DNA of 63,313 bases from positions 1-63,313 of the forward strand of contig JAVECL010000068.1 in NCBI GenBank assembly GCA_051942245.1, read 5' to 3'. The translations under genes were made by a program, and so were the position numbers. Below are positions 1 through 11,638 of the stretch, in pieces (within the stretch, counting starts at the first letter, position 1; the number at the start of each line of letters is the position of its first letter). The DNA is from Trypethelium eluteriae. Taxonomy: Eukaryota. The notes under the pieces are model-generated. The model searched no databases. It was not told the DNA's origin and saw only the letters and a list, made by a program, of their open reading frames with translations.

Positions 1-359
1 GAAATAAGGTCCCAGGTTCGGGGACGGAACAACGACGATGCGGGGCGGGGTTGCACGTCCCTCTACCTCAGCGCTGAACGGGGTACCTTCAGCTTCAGGT
101 GTCAGTCTATATTAGGTACCCAATCCATCTATTCGAAACTGTATGCTACGCAATCTACCATGAAGTTGCGATTTGTTCGCGATTGGGTACCATAAATTGG
201 TCAGATTGCTATGCCAGTCACTACAAAGGTACAGATAATGATGTGAAGTGTCCTTTGGACTTCGTACAAGAGGAATTCTACTGAAGTACATCGATCCTTT
301 TTCCACATGATGGAGTCAGCCTACCTCCGTCATTATAACTCGCAGTCTTTACGCCTGCC

Positions 360-1645
360 TTAGTTTTTTCTGCCCTGACCCCAAGCGCCGTGCTTGGTTC
401 CCGTCCCCTCATCTGCCAATGCAAATCTTGCTTTTGTAACTGCTTCCGCATTTCTAGCAATCATCTCCTCCTGGTATTCTTTGAGGTACACTTTCACATC
501 CTCCTTGTTTGACTTTCCAAGGGCTCTTGCGAGATTCAACGAATCCAGAATCGCGTGATTTCCCCCCTCGCCGCGAGCTGGCGTCATTGGGTGTGCAGCA
601 TCACCAGCTAACAGAACTCTTCCGTCAGGAATCTCTTGCGGCAGCATATCTCGAAACACGACTGGCGGCGTCATCATATCTTCTGCTTTAGTCAAGCGGA
701 TAATCTCCGTAAGTTTGGGATCGAGCGTCTCCGTCTTCTCTACAGCAGTATCATAGGATTCCTGCTTGGACGCAGTTGCCGTCCAATACGGTTCCTGAGA
801 GGCAGCCTGATCAGGCCATGAAACAAACCAATAGTATCGGGCCGACTCTTTGTCCTGAGAGATGGAATTAAGGCCGACAAAGAGCCGGGACCCTTTAGGA
901 GCGACGGCGATGTAGATGGAGTGGCCGATAGAAAGTTGACGTTCGTACTGTTCTCTATTAAGAGTCACCTGGCCTACAAGCAGACCCACGGGAGAAGTGT
1001 GCAGCAGGTCTTGATTCGGGAAGAGATAGTTTCGGACTGAGGAGTGGTCAGCGACTTGTCTCTTGTCTGCGCAGAGTCTCGGCCCTTACCAAAACTATGA
1101 ACACCGTCACAGCCGACCAGCACATCTCCTGTAGCAGACGTTCCGTCCGTGAAGTGTACAGTCACGCTCTTTTCATCTTCTTCAATCTTCGCCATGGTCT
1201 TGTTCCACTCGACATCGACCTTGGTTGCTAGCCACTCCCGAAGTCTTGACCGATTCGCTCGGACTATTGGTTTATCTTCCGTGCTCGTAACAGCAAATCG
1301 TGATCCATCCTCGCCGTACATGCAGAATTGCGCTGGGAGATCTAACGGGTTCAGATGACTTGTCGTCTCTACTGGCGATAAGTCACTCGGGACTGATTGC
1401 TTAAGGTCACTCAGCATCCTGGCCCATACTCAATTAGTGACCATTCCAGGATGGAAACATCCATTATTTGATGCGCACATATGCAGGGCAATCGCCCAAC
1501 CCTGAAAGCGAGCATGGAGGCCCTCGTCCCGCTCAAAAATCTGAAAAGAGACACCTTGTTTGCGCAAGCCTTGGGCGAGGGCCAAGCCTGCAAGGCCAGC
1601 TCCTAGGATCAGTACATGAGGACGCTCAGAGGATTTCGAAGGCAT
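360..1645 (-). CDS. FAD-dependent monooxygenase (class A aromatic hydroxylase-like), 3 exons
   Basis: GAGLAG FAD motif, LVGCDGVHS (DG motif) and LAGDAAHPMTPARGEGGNHA (GD motif). GT-AG introns at 1478..1419 and 1089..1037 join three ORFs in frame. Confidence 0.9.
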
Positions 1646-2702
1646 TGTCTTAGGAGTGGGTTCCCTATAATCTAGAGATGAGTCCTGAAGTGATTGCTTT
1701 TTCAATAGAAAATTCTAAGACACTTTGTACAAGCCCCCAGCCCCGGCCCGACCCTCGTTTTTATATATGGCTCGTCAAGAATAAGTCTTATTCTCGACTA
1801 GTCCGCAGCTACTTGATCAATTGCATAAGATAATTGACGCAGAATTAGAGTAGGCGTCATCTTTCTCTTCACGTTGACTCGGACGCCGAGATAGTTAGCA
1901 TCCTAGTACGACCGATGTTGATGGCGTGCATATCATGCGCTAATCAAAGCGGCCCCACAGCTGTTAGGGGAGCCTACTACGTACGGAATACTCCGTAATC
2001 CTGTCAAGGTTGTGAAGCGGTAGCTTGCGGAAGTTCCCTGAAAGTCGGTTCGATCAGGTTGGATAGCGTGGACATTCGACGCAGGTCTTAGTAGTGCCAG
2101 CGGGGATAGCATCTCTCGTCAGCGCCATCCATGCATCCCAGGTTGGTGGTACCTATACGGAATAATTATCTTCGGCAGGAAGGGCTCCTGCAGCTCGGTG
2201 GGGCACAAGCAAGAGCCAATCACAACCACTCGGCATTGCTTAAACCTTTCATCCCACACTAGCCGGTGTCTTCGGCCTGCGGATATGCGCCTTCTTACCT
2301 CCGCATGCGATCTTGCATCCAATTATTTCTGATAGTAAACAATACTGAAGTTTCGCGTAAAGTTGTGAATGATTAGACTATGACCGGTCCGATCCAAGTT
2401 ACCGGCTGTCATCAAAAGAAGAAAAGCAAGGGGACCGATAGTTCGTTGGAAGATTCAGAATGTTGATTGGCTAATGTATCTGTCAGAACCTAAGCAGAAA
2501 TTCGAGTGTCGTGTGGTGATGAGTCCTTAATTCCCCCTTCTCGCAAGATAAAGTATGGAAATATGTAGACAATTGCGTTAGATCTTCAAATAAAACTAAG
2601 CGGAGGGCCAGTCAGACCACAACGCGACCATAATAGGCAGCCGAAGCAAGAATTGATATACTGCTGTTTCCCGTTACTCGGTCAGCATTGCATTGTCTGT
2701 AT

Positions 2703-2705
<3 letters not shown>

Positions 2706-2745
<40 letters not shown>
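2706..2745. repeat. (AG)20 microsatellite
   Basis: Perfect AG dinucleotide run, just downstream of the GMC stop codon. Confidence 0.95.
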
Positions 2746-2746
<1 letters not shown>

Positions 2747-2828
2747 AGAGATACATTAGGTAGGTATACCCTGTAGGCTGCCGGCTGGGAGAGATCAGTC
2801 TTCGAGGCTGCAAAATTAATTTAGAGTC

Positions 2829-4755
2829 TCAGCTGGTTTTTGACAGGGCAGCATCGGCCGCCTTAATCAGATCGGCGGCCTTCTCGCCGATCGCATATGC
2901 AGGCATCTGGGTATGCCCCATATTCAGAGTCGGCATGACAGAGACATCGGCAACACGGAGGCCTCTGACGCCGCGAACGTTCAGCTGCTCGTCCAACACC
3001 GCCAACCCATCGTATGGCTTGCCCATTTTGCACGTTCCCGCGGGGTGATAACTAATCCTAAGCGTTATTCTGAAGCTCTTGCTGACATCAACCGGAAGCC
3101 GAATAAAGCAAGCTCCACTCACCATGTTCCGGCATGCTCTTTAACATATTCAGTCCAGTCCTCCCGTGATGTATGCTTATGATGTGTCAAGTCCGCAGGC
3201 CAGCTTCCCTTGACAATATCGCGCGTGCCCTTTCCTGTCATAACGATTTCGTTGGCGAAACGACACGCCTCCGTCAGGACCAGCATGTCCAGAGGATCTG
3301 ATAGATAATTATGGTCGATCACCGGTAGTTCAAGTGGATCTGAACTTTGAAGTGAGACTGTCCCACGCGATCTCGGGGAGAACAATTCTGGGCACATGGC
3401 GAAGGTATGCTTATCGTCAATCGGAAAGTCCGCGTAATGCTTTGGGCCGCCGTAACATTCAGTATGGAAGAACTCGATGTTTGGTTGATGAGGAGCAAGG
3501 CCCATCGGATCTCGGCCTTCCTCCCTGGGCGCGTTCTGCCAAAGAGGCACCGTCGCCAAACGCTCATCAAGGCGTGCATAGGCGAAGGCGCCGAATGGAA
3601 AGGTGCTGAGGAACCCTTCGTGCTTTTCCTTCCACAAAGCGTACGTGGACTTGAAGCTGTCCCCATGATAGACGAAATGATCGCTAGTCAGCCCAGGCTC
3701 CTTCACTTCGTAGAACATGAATGCTTGCACTTGTCAGTCGTTTTCCAAGAGTATCGGGGCACGATATTGATACCAATTAAATGATCCGACAGATTCTTAC
3801 CAACTCCGGGCAGGTTGACCTTGCACTCAATACCGATCTTTTCCAACTCAGACTTGTGACCAATCCCCGAGCGCATGAGGATGGTGGGACTACAGTAGCT
3901 TCCACCAGAGACGATGACTTCTTTGCGAACTCGAGCGGTAGACCGTGTCCCATCCTTAGCAACCATATCGACCCCAACGGCAAGGAGATCCCCATCCACG
4001 GACTCAAGCAAGACCTTATCGACGACGCATTCGGTTCTGATGGTTATGTTATCACGCCTGTATGTCTTAGTAACAAAGTCGGCACCTGTCGTGCGAACGC
4101 CCTGATGTACGGTTCTGGGTGCATGGCCACACCCGTGTGAAGCTTCTCCCGTTGTAAACATGTCATCATGGAATGGCATGCCCAAATCCTCATACGATTC
4201 CATCACCTTCATCGAAATGGGTGCCAGATCGTGGGGCTCTGTATGCAACGGACCTGTATAGCCGTGGGAATCCTTCTTTGCGTTGAACCAACTTTTCCCA
4301 TGAAAAGTCTCGGCTTTAGCCATGTACCTAAACACTTCTTCTCCGCTCCAGCCATCCAGGCCCCAATCATCATAATCCTGCTTCGTCCCTCGAATGCAGA
4401 GAGTCCCGTTCATGCCACTACTTCCGCCAAGAAAGCGACCTCGATAAGCATTGATCTTTCGTCCCCCAACTCCAGGCATTGACACGGTTGTGAGCCTCCA
4501 GTCGGTCTCAGTGTCCACGTTATTGATCCAACCTCCGACCATCTGCACGCTCTCGAGATCTGCGCTATCCGGCCCAGCCTCAATGATGAGAACTGAAACA
4601 TTTGGATTCTCCGCCAACCGACCAGCAACCACGCAGCCAGAAGTCCCGCCTCTGAATCCACGTCAGTGACTACAGAGGATGAGTTTCGCCTTGCGATCTC
4701 ACCCCGCTACAATGTAATCATAAACCTCATCATCTGCGATGCGAGCAGGTGCCAT
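2829..4755 (-). CDS. GMC oxidoreductase (intracellular, His/His catalytic pair), 4 exons
   Basis: YDYIVAGGGTSGC after splicing intron 4702..4652, GRFLGGSSGMNG, PGVGKNLSDH, CYHPAGTCKMG, GLRVADVSVMP and GHTQ. Further introns near 3773-3727 and 3122-3051. No signal peptide. Confidence 0.92.
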
Positions 4756-4925
4756 TGTGTAGAATCCCAGGGAATTCAAAGAGAGTCAGGATTGCATGCG
4801 AAGAATGGGGCGTATATTGTCAGAGATGGATTGTAAGGCTCGTCATCGACGGAGGATGGAACCTGTGAACTCAGGACTGACTGCGTAAGATGCAGAGCAC
4901 ATTAGTATATCCGCCAAGTCGGCGT

Positions 4926-4939
4926 CCCCCCCCCCCCCC
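4926..4939. repeat. poly-C tract (14 nt)
   Basis: Homopolymer in the intergenic region upstream of the GMC gene. Confidence 0.9.
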
Positions 4940-6058
4940 AGGGCACTTTCGGCCTTCTAGACCGTGCAGATAGACCAAGATCATCCATGGGACCAGCTCA
5001 CCAGAGGGTCCAATGAGAACCGTCGGCGGGCCACACCAAAGCTCAAGACCACTACCTCTGGCTTGAAGACCTGTCGGGCCTCTCCCCGGTTGTACAAAGT
5101 CGAGATAGAATATCATGCAGATTTTGTAAATTCCTTTCCGATATCCTACTGAGTACTTTTTCGACCAGGTGAAACAGAATTGGCTGTGGGCCTCCTAAGC
5201 CTGTGAAGGGCGAAGATCTGAGCATGCCTGACAGCACCGACATTTCTTGTTTAACCCCCTGATGAGCTCGCTTGTTATGCTTTTTGCAGCAACAATGCTC
5301 ACCGGGCAAGGGCCACCTCTGTGGACAAGTGACTGCGGGGTACCGTAAGAGTTGAGGTACCTGAAGCGGGGAACATACCCACTTAGCAGCCAAATTGACT
5401 CAAGCCAACATGGAGACGAACTTCACAGACATGGCTGACGACAATCGGACGTACGGAATCTGACTTAGCTGTGTAGGCCACAAGTAGGCGAGCGAAGATT
5501 GCACTTTGCAGTGATTTCTCCCCAGTTTAGATAAATATCAAATTGAAGGCGGTGTTTCGGAGTCGAAGTGAGTGGCGGCCAAGCTGTTTCTGAATTCAAT
5601 TTATGGTTGATTGTATACTCTAATGTACCGGTGAGAAGTAGACTAAGCCAGGTTGTATCGTGCGAAGATGCAACTACGAAGATTGACTCACCGTAGTAGA
5701 TGGCAATTTCTGCTCGGATGTAAACAGCGTTGTATTGCCTTAGAGTACTCTATCGTACTTCTCCCTGCGGAGCCGCTAGGCCACAAGAGTACTTTGGAGC
5801 TTCATTCCACGTATCGCGGAAGATCACTCTGTATCTGCATGCATGTACAGTATGATTGCTCGTTGACAGCTTCACAGCTTGCTGGCGGCGATGTCGACTG
5901 GAGCTAATGTACCCTTGTGCAACTATGCATAGAGTAAGAGAATACTTGCGGCAGGGTCCGGTTTCGACTCCGTCTGCTGCCCTATCTTCGGAATGCCAGG
6001 GAACGAAGGACAGGTGGGCTTTTCATAACTCAAATCCCAATTCTTCTAGACTTTTCCA

Positions 6059-7116
6059 ATGTCACAACCAATGCGCCGGAAGTCTCTCCTGATAGGAATT
6101 AACTACACCGACTCCCGTCACGCCCTCCGTGGTTGTCATCAAGATGTTGCTAATGTCCAAGAATTCATTTCCTATCGCGGCTTCTCTCAGGACCATCGCT
6201 CCCAAGTAGTAATGCGGGACGACACTTATACTGATCCCAATGGCCCCTTCTACCCCAATGGTCACAACATCCTCGCCGCCATGCACTGGCTTGTTTCGGA
6301 GCCGTACACCCGCGCTTTCCTACATTATAGTGGTCATGGCGGCCAAGTTCCTGATACAAGCGGCGACTCAAGCACAGGCTTGAACGATACCATTGTGCCC
6401 GTTGACTTTGAGTATAGAGGACAGCTAGATTCCGACATCCTCCACCAACATCTCGTCCACGCCCTCCATCCCACAAGCACCCTCTTCATCGTCTTTGACT
6501 GTTGTCATTCCGGGTCCGCTTGCGAGCTCCCATTCGTATATCGCAGCGATGCTGATGGCAACGTTAGCGCCATGGACAATCTGCGCCAAGGGGTGCGGCT
6601 GGTTGGCGAGGCGGAACATCTGATCCAGGGTGGATTCTCATTCAATAAGCTCGGAGAGGCGGAGTCACTGTTTGCAGGTGCGACGGACTTTTTCAAGGGC
6701 TTGAAGCATATGGGCGAGCAGCGGGAGGAAGGTCTTCAAGCCGATGATAGCAGACACACTCAGGAAAAGGAGAACAAGTATGTCACAATGTATTCGGGCT
6801 GCCGAGATGATCAAACGAGTGCGGATGCGAGTATTGCGGGTGCGAACGTGGGGGCTATGTCATGGGCATTCTTGGAGACGATGAAGAGGGCGCAGAATCC
6901 AAGTTACCTTCAGGTGAGTGGAGAAGTGCTGCACAGTTGCAACCTCTACAGACAAGCCAGAGCCGGCGCTCCACCGATTTCATGACTTCACGGCTGACCA
7001 GGGACGATTAGACGCTTCAAATGACGCGGGGTTTCCTCGATCAGAGCCACTACCAGCAAATACCACAACTAAGTACAGGAGTCGAAATGGATCTAGACCA
7101 GCCGCTGTTCATCTAG
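6059..7116 (+). CDS. Metacaspase (peptidase C14) lacking an N-terminal prodomain, 319 aa
   Basis: RKSLLIGINY, LRGC, catalytic HYSGHG and DCCHSG, SGCRDDQTSADA, GAMSWAF. Intron 6914..7011 restores the typical C-terminus QIPQLSTGVEMDLDQPLFI*. Confidence 0.93.
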
Positions 7117-7180
7117 GCAGCTTCAATATGGGTATGTAATATAGAAGAACTATTGAAACAGTGGACAGCTCCTTTTTCCA

Positions 7181-10021
7181 TCAGCCAGTATCCCAGTCCT
7201 TTGGCTGTGGCCCTACAGTCATCATCGTCTGCTTTTCTCTGGACGAAAGCACGCTCTTTGCCTGAGCTACTGCCAAAATCGCCCTTTCCTTGTCTTCCAC
7301 GGTACAGGGTTTGATTCGTAATGCATTGCGATATTCTACAAAGCTTCGGTTTCCCCCTTTGATAGGCATCGCCATTTGTAGCGCGCTTTGGATAGTCAAT
7401 TTATCGTGATCGGAGATTAACTCGCCATTCGTTCTAAATCCAAGTTCGAGAGCGGTTTTATTCTGGTTGGTTCTCGAGTCCGGACTCGCCCCTGCATTCA
7501 GAAGTTTCTGGACAAGCTCAGCATCGCCGTTGAAGGCGGCATGATGAAGAGGACGCCACCCAGCTGAGCACGTTGCCTCCAGTTTGGCACCAAGTTCAAT
7601 CAACAGATTTGCCACATCCGTCTTTCCAAACTCGGCTGCGAGGTGCAGGGGACGACTACCAGGGTACGGCCAGTGAGCTTCTGCGTAGAAGCCTTGCTCG
7701 ACCAGAACACTGGTTTCGCTTCGTTTCACTGAAGATGTGCCCAATTTCTCCTCGGTTGATACTTCGTCTTCCGCAAGCAGCTGCTGTAGAAGAACGGCAT
7801 GGCCATATGCAGACGCGATATGGATAGGTTTCCATCCGAACGAGTTTTCATTGGTAACTTTCGCTCCACTGGCGACCAAATTATTGAACATAGCGATGTG
7901 CCCGAGACGCGTTGCCAGGTGAATGGCTTCCTGATCGCGCTTGTCCTTCTCTTTGAGACTCACGTTCTTCAATTTGAGGACGGCCTCCAATGTTGTGAAG
8001 TCGCCTGATCTTACTGCCAGATGGAGGGGGGTCTCATTCTCCGCATTTGTTGCCTTTGGAGATCCACCCTTTTCTGTTAGTCGCTGGATCAGGACCGAGT
8101 GACCGTACAATGCTGCTGTATGAAGAGGAGTGAAACCTCTTTCGTCCTTGTCCTTGTCCTTCACCGAGGCTTTGTGCTCAATTATGAAGTCCAACATAGG
8201 TAGACTTCCGCTTTTCGCTGCTAGTTGTGCCGGTTTATGCGAATCCTTTCTAAGCTTCTTGAGAGAGAATCCGGCGTCAATGAATCTCTGTGCTAGCCTT
8301 ATGTGACCTTTCTCGATCGCCACAAATATTGAGAGTTTCCACATGTCGTAATTGGGGTTTCCGTTGGATTTCTCGCGACAGAGGATCAACTCCACAACGT
8401 CGTCTTGCTCTGCCTCCGCTGCCAAAAGAAGGGGTGTCTTTGTGTCTATGTCTCTAGAATCCACTAGAGTGCCCTGGGTAATGAGATACTTGCTTATAGG
8501 AGCGCTGAAAGTAGCTGCATGATGCAATGGGGTTCTTTCTCTACTGTCGCGTGCATGAACATTCGCTCCCTGTTCGACAAGTTGAATCACCAGCGCTGGA
8601 TTATCATCACAAACAGCTTGATGCAGTGCCATTAATCCATCACGATCCCTGCTTGGCTTCTTTCTCAACCGAGAAAGACCACTGTTGCCTTCACTCAAGC
8701 TCGAGTCAGGCGACCGTAGCGGCAGTGTCCGAGGAGTTCCTGGGGTGTGCTCTGCTTTAAAGGCTGGTCTCATCTGCCGAGATGCAAACGGGGCAGTCCC
8801 AGTTCCCTGAAGAATCTCCATTGACTTTTCAATCCCATTGTCAGAAAGACTGGAAGGTGATTGACAGCGATGCGCATAGGACTTCTCCTTGGTCACTGCC
8901 TGAAACAGGCTATCGGGTGACTGGAATCGATAGATTGAGGAAGGTGTTGAAAAAGTTGAACCCGCCAAAGTATTGACAGTCGCTGTCGAAGAACCGGATT
9001 CTTGTCTTGCGGCTACCGGCTTACGCCGAAGCGGCATCGACTTCTGACTACGAAGCACTGGAACGGTGGAGCTACCCAAGACAGTCTCGTTCCTACAAAT
9101 AGTGCCGGCAGTTGATGACTGCAAGCCGCATGTATCCGGGACAACGTCAGTCGCGTTTATGTCTTGGCTGTGCGTACTGAGGTCACGGGAGAAGGATGTC
9201 GGTGGCAGCTCCTGGTAGGGAGGAGGATTCTCGCGTGGCCTTGGGAATGATGCTGATCTTCGTTCTGGGACTAACCCCGTGCCCACGGACTGTTGCTCCA
9301 TAGCTGGCGTACTATCAGATGGACGAGCCACAGTATTATGTGTCCAATCCAGCTCGCTTTCGTTGGTGTCTAAAAAATCAAGAAATTCTCTGAATGCCAG
9401 AGTGGAGTCGCGATTATTGCGAAGCTGCTGTCGCTCTGACTTCTTCGTCTTTCTTCTTACCAAATTTGCACTGGCACAAACGTCTTGAAGTCGTTCATTC
9501 GTCTCGTCTTGAGAGTGTCTATCAGGTAATCATTAGCTCGCCAGCTGAGTCTTCGACAATAATTCACCTTACAGCTGGGTAGCCTGCAGTGCCATTCCAA
9601 GAACCGCACCACACTCTCGGAGATGAATCAAATGGCCACGAAGCAACTGTTCATTGAGAACATACTTAGCCTTGACCGCCCGTCCAAATCCAATTGCCGT
9701 AGTAACAAGATTGCCGACTTTGCTAGTTGGACTTGAGTAGACCCTGTGTAGGTCCCCATGGAGCTGCCAAATGGCGTCTTGTATGAGCGAAAGGGCCTTT
9801 TGGACATTTTCTACGATGCTCGTCGGTCGAGAAGCTCCCGAAGGACTACTTTCGAGCCACTTGCTGATAATCTCAATGTGGGTCTGGAAAATAGCAAGCT
9901 GAGCTTCAATGAGCGCAAGTTCCCGATTTGCACCTGTATACCTCTCAACTGCTTCATGGATGAGTTTTGTAACTTCTCCCAAGAAAATCGCAAGACCGAC
10001 GGGATCGATATTGATGGCCAT
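7181..10021 (-). CDS. HeLo-like (fungal STAND N-terminal-type) domain + disordered linker + ankyrin repeats, ~928 aa
   Basis: Intron 9572..9519 (GTAAGG...CTAAT...TAG) fuses ORF 9569-10021 in frame to ORF 7181-9463. Many ankyrin repeats (TPLHHAA, TPLLLAA, GFTPLHTAA, TPLHLAV, RPLHLAA, WRPLHHAA). Amphipathic helical N-terminus starting IDPVGLAIFL. No P-loop found. Confidence 0.8.
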
Positions 10022-11638
10022 TCTGAAAATGGACCGGCCGAATCGACTCCAGCGTACTTTTCATCCCATAGAAAGTCGTGTTATACAATACCTTCATACT
10101 TTGTCAGAAATGATGGGTATCGATGATGTTTCCAGCTTTAATATACACGACTCATATGTGTAATCCTCGCACTGTTCAATTATGTGCTCAGGTGGATATG
10201 GTAATTAGAAGTCGTTAGTTCCAAATGGGGCGACACAACTGCTGCACCGCTGGCCATCATTCCATGGAATTGAACCGAGTGTTGCAGAATGATTTTTTTA
10301 CTTTCAAGAAAGTAAGAGACGTTATCTCGTCAGAAGATCTAAAGTTGATGAGGTTGATGCCAACGCGTCATCCTTCGACCTAGGATGTCGTAGACAAACT
10401 AGAGGTAAGGGGTAGGAGCGAGCTCGGGCCCCTGAGGCCTCTGTCTTCAGATCGTGGTTTCCCATTGGTTCGTTAATTGATCGTACCTGTTTCACATATG
10501 CAAGCTAATTAACCACAAAATTCTGCCATGCTTCGCTTTGAGGTTCTTGTCGAAGCAAGCGCGGCAACTTTGCAGCGCGACAAGATATGTGGATATGATA
10601 TCCGTTCCCCTAGGCATCTTCCCAGCCCAAATATCCTTGATTAGAGGCTCTTAGAATGCTGGGATTCCATACCTCGGTGTATTCAAGAGCCGTATGAAGT
10701 AGTCTTACGACTGGTGTAACCGGATGTCACTGGGTCGATTGACCATGTTTAGTTCTGAAGCTACCCAACGTTTCCAAATTCGAGGTCTACAGAATCTAAG
10801 TCCGGATCCAGACTTCATTTCGGAGGGGCAGCGCGATAGGCAGGATCGAACAGCACATCATGAATTCTTGGGACAATGGCCTGGTGGGGTATAGTCTAGC
10901 TGACGGCCGTCGTATTCGAGCTTGAATTTCTGGACCTGAGCTGGTCCGGGATTAATTCCCAGCTTGAGGCGACAAATGGCCTGGCGGGAGCTCCGACTGA
11001 GTGCTTGGTTGAGTGTCGTGCTATCCGAGATGTATCTGGATAATATGAAGTCTCTCTTTTCCTTCCTTTTCCTTCCCTTTGATCTCTTTACATGCGTGCG
11101 ATTAGCCAATATTTCTGGACTTTCAGTGATGAACCCCCAGGACCTGCAAAGGCGAAGCTATTAGCCATGCCAACAACTCCAGCCCTCGAGATGGACCGCC
11201 TATGGAATCTCCCGAATGCTTCGTATGCAACAGTCAGATGCTACATCGACATCAACTAGCTTCTCGACATGGAGATCAATGTGGTTTGTATGTAAATTTC
11301 AATATCAATTCAATTAGCTCACCCTACTACACCGTGGGTCTCAGCTTTATCCATTCCGCATCTACCTAGACATCCATTGTGCCGCCATGACGATATGAAC
11401 TCCGCCAACGGCTGGAATGGAACCCCACGTATCACCCCAAAGCAACCTGCAAGCTGTGAACTGATGAGCAAGGGTCATGGCAATTGTTTAACAAAGGTGG
11501 CAGCAAAGACCATGTGCATGCTACCGAGAAATAAACTTGAAGAATGCGCTCAGCTGAGAGCAGAGAATAGAAAGCCAGCATCATCAACCATGAGCCATTC
11601 CGATCCAACCTGTCATTATGCTGTCCATTTGAAGATTA

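Noticed and set aside
10858..11145. 83-aa minus-strand ORF preceded by a branch-point/acceptor-like sequence
   Set aside because: No convincing upstream exon or start, and no recognisable motif.
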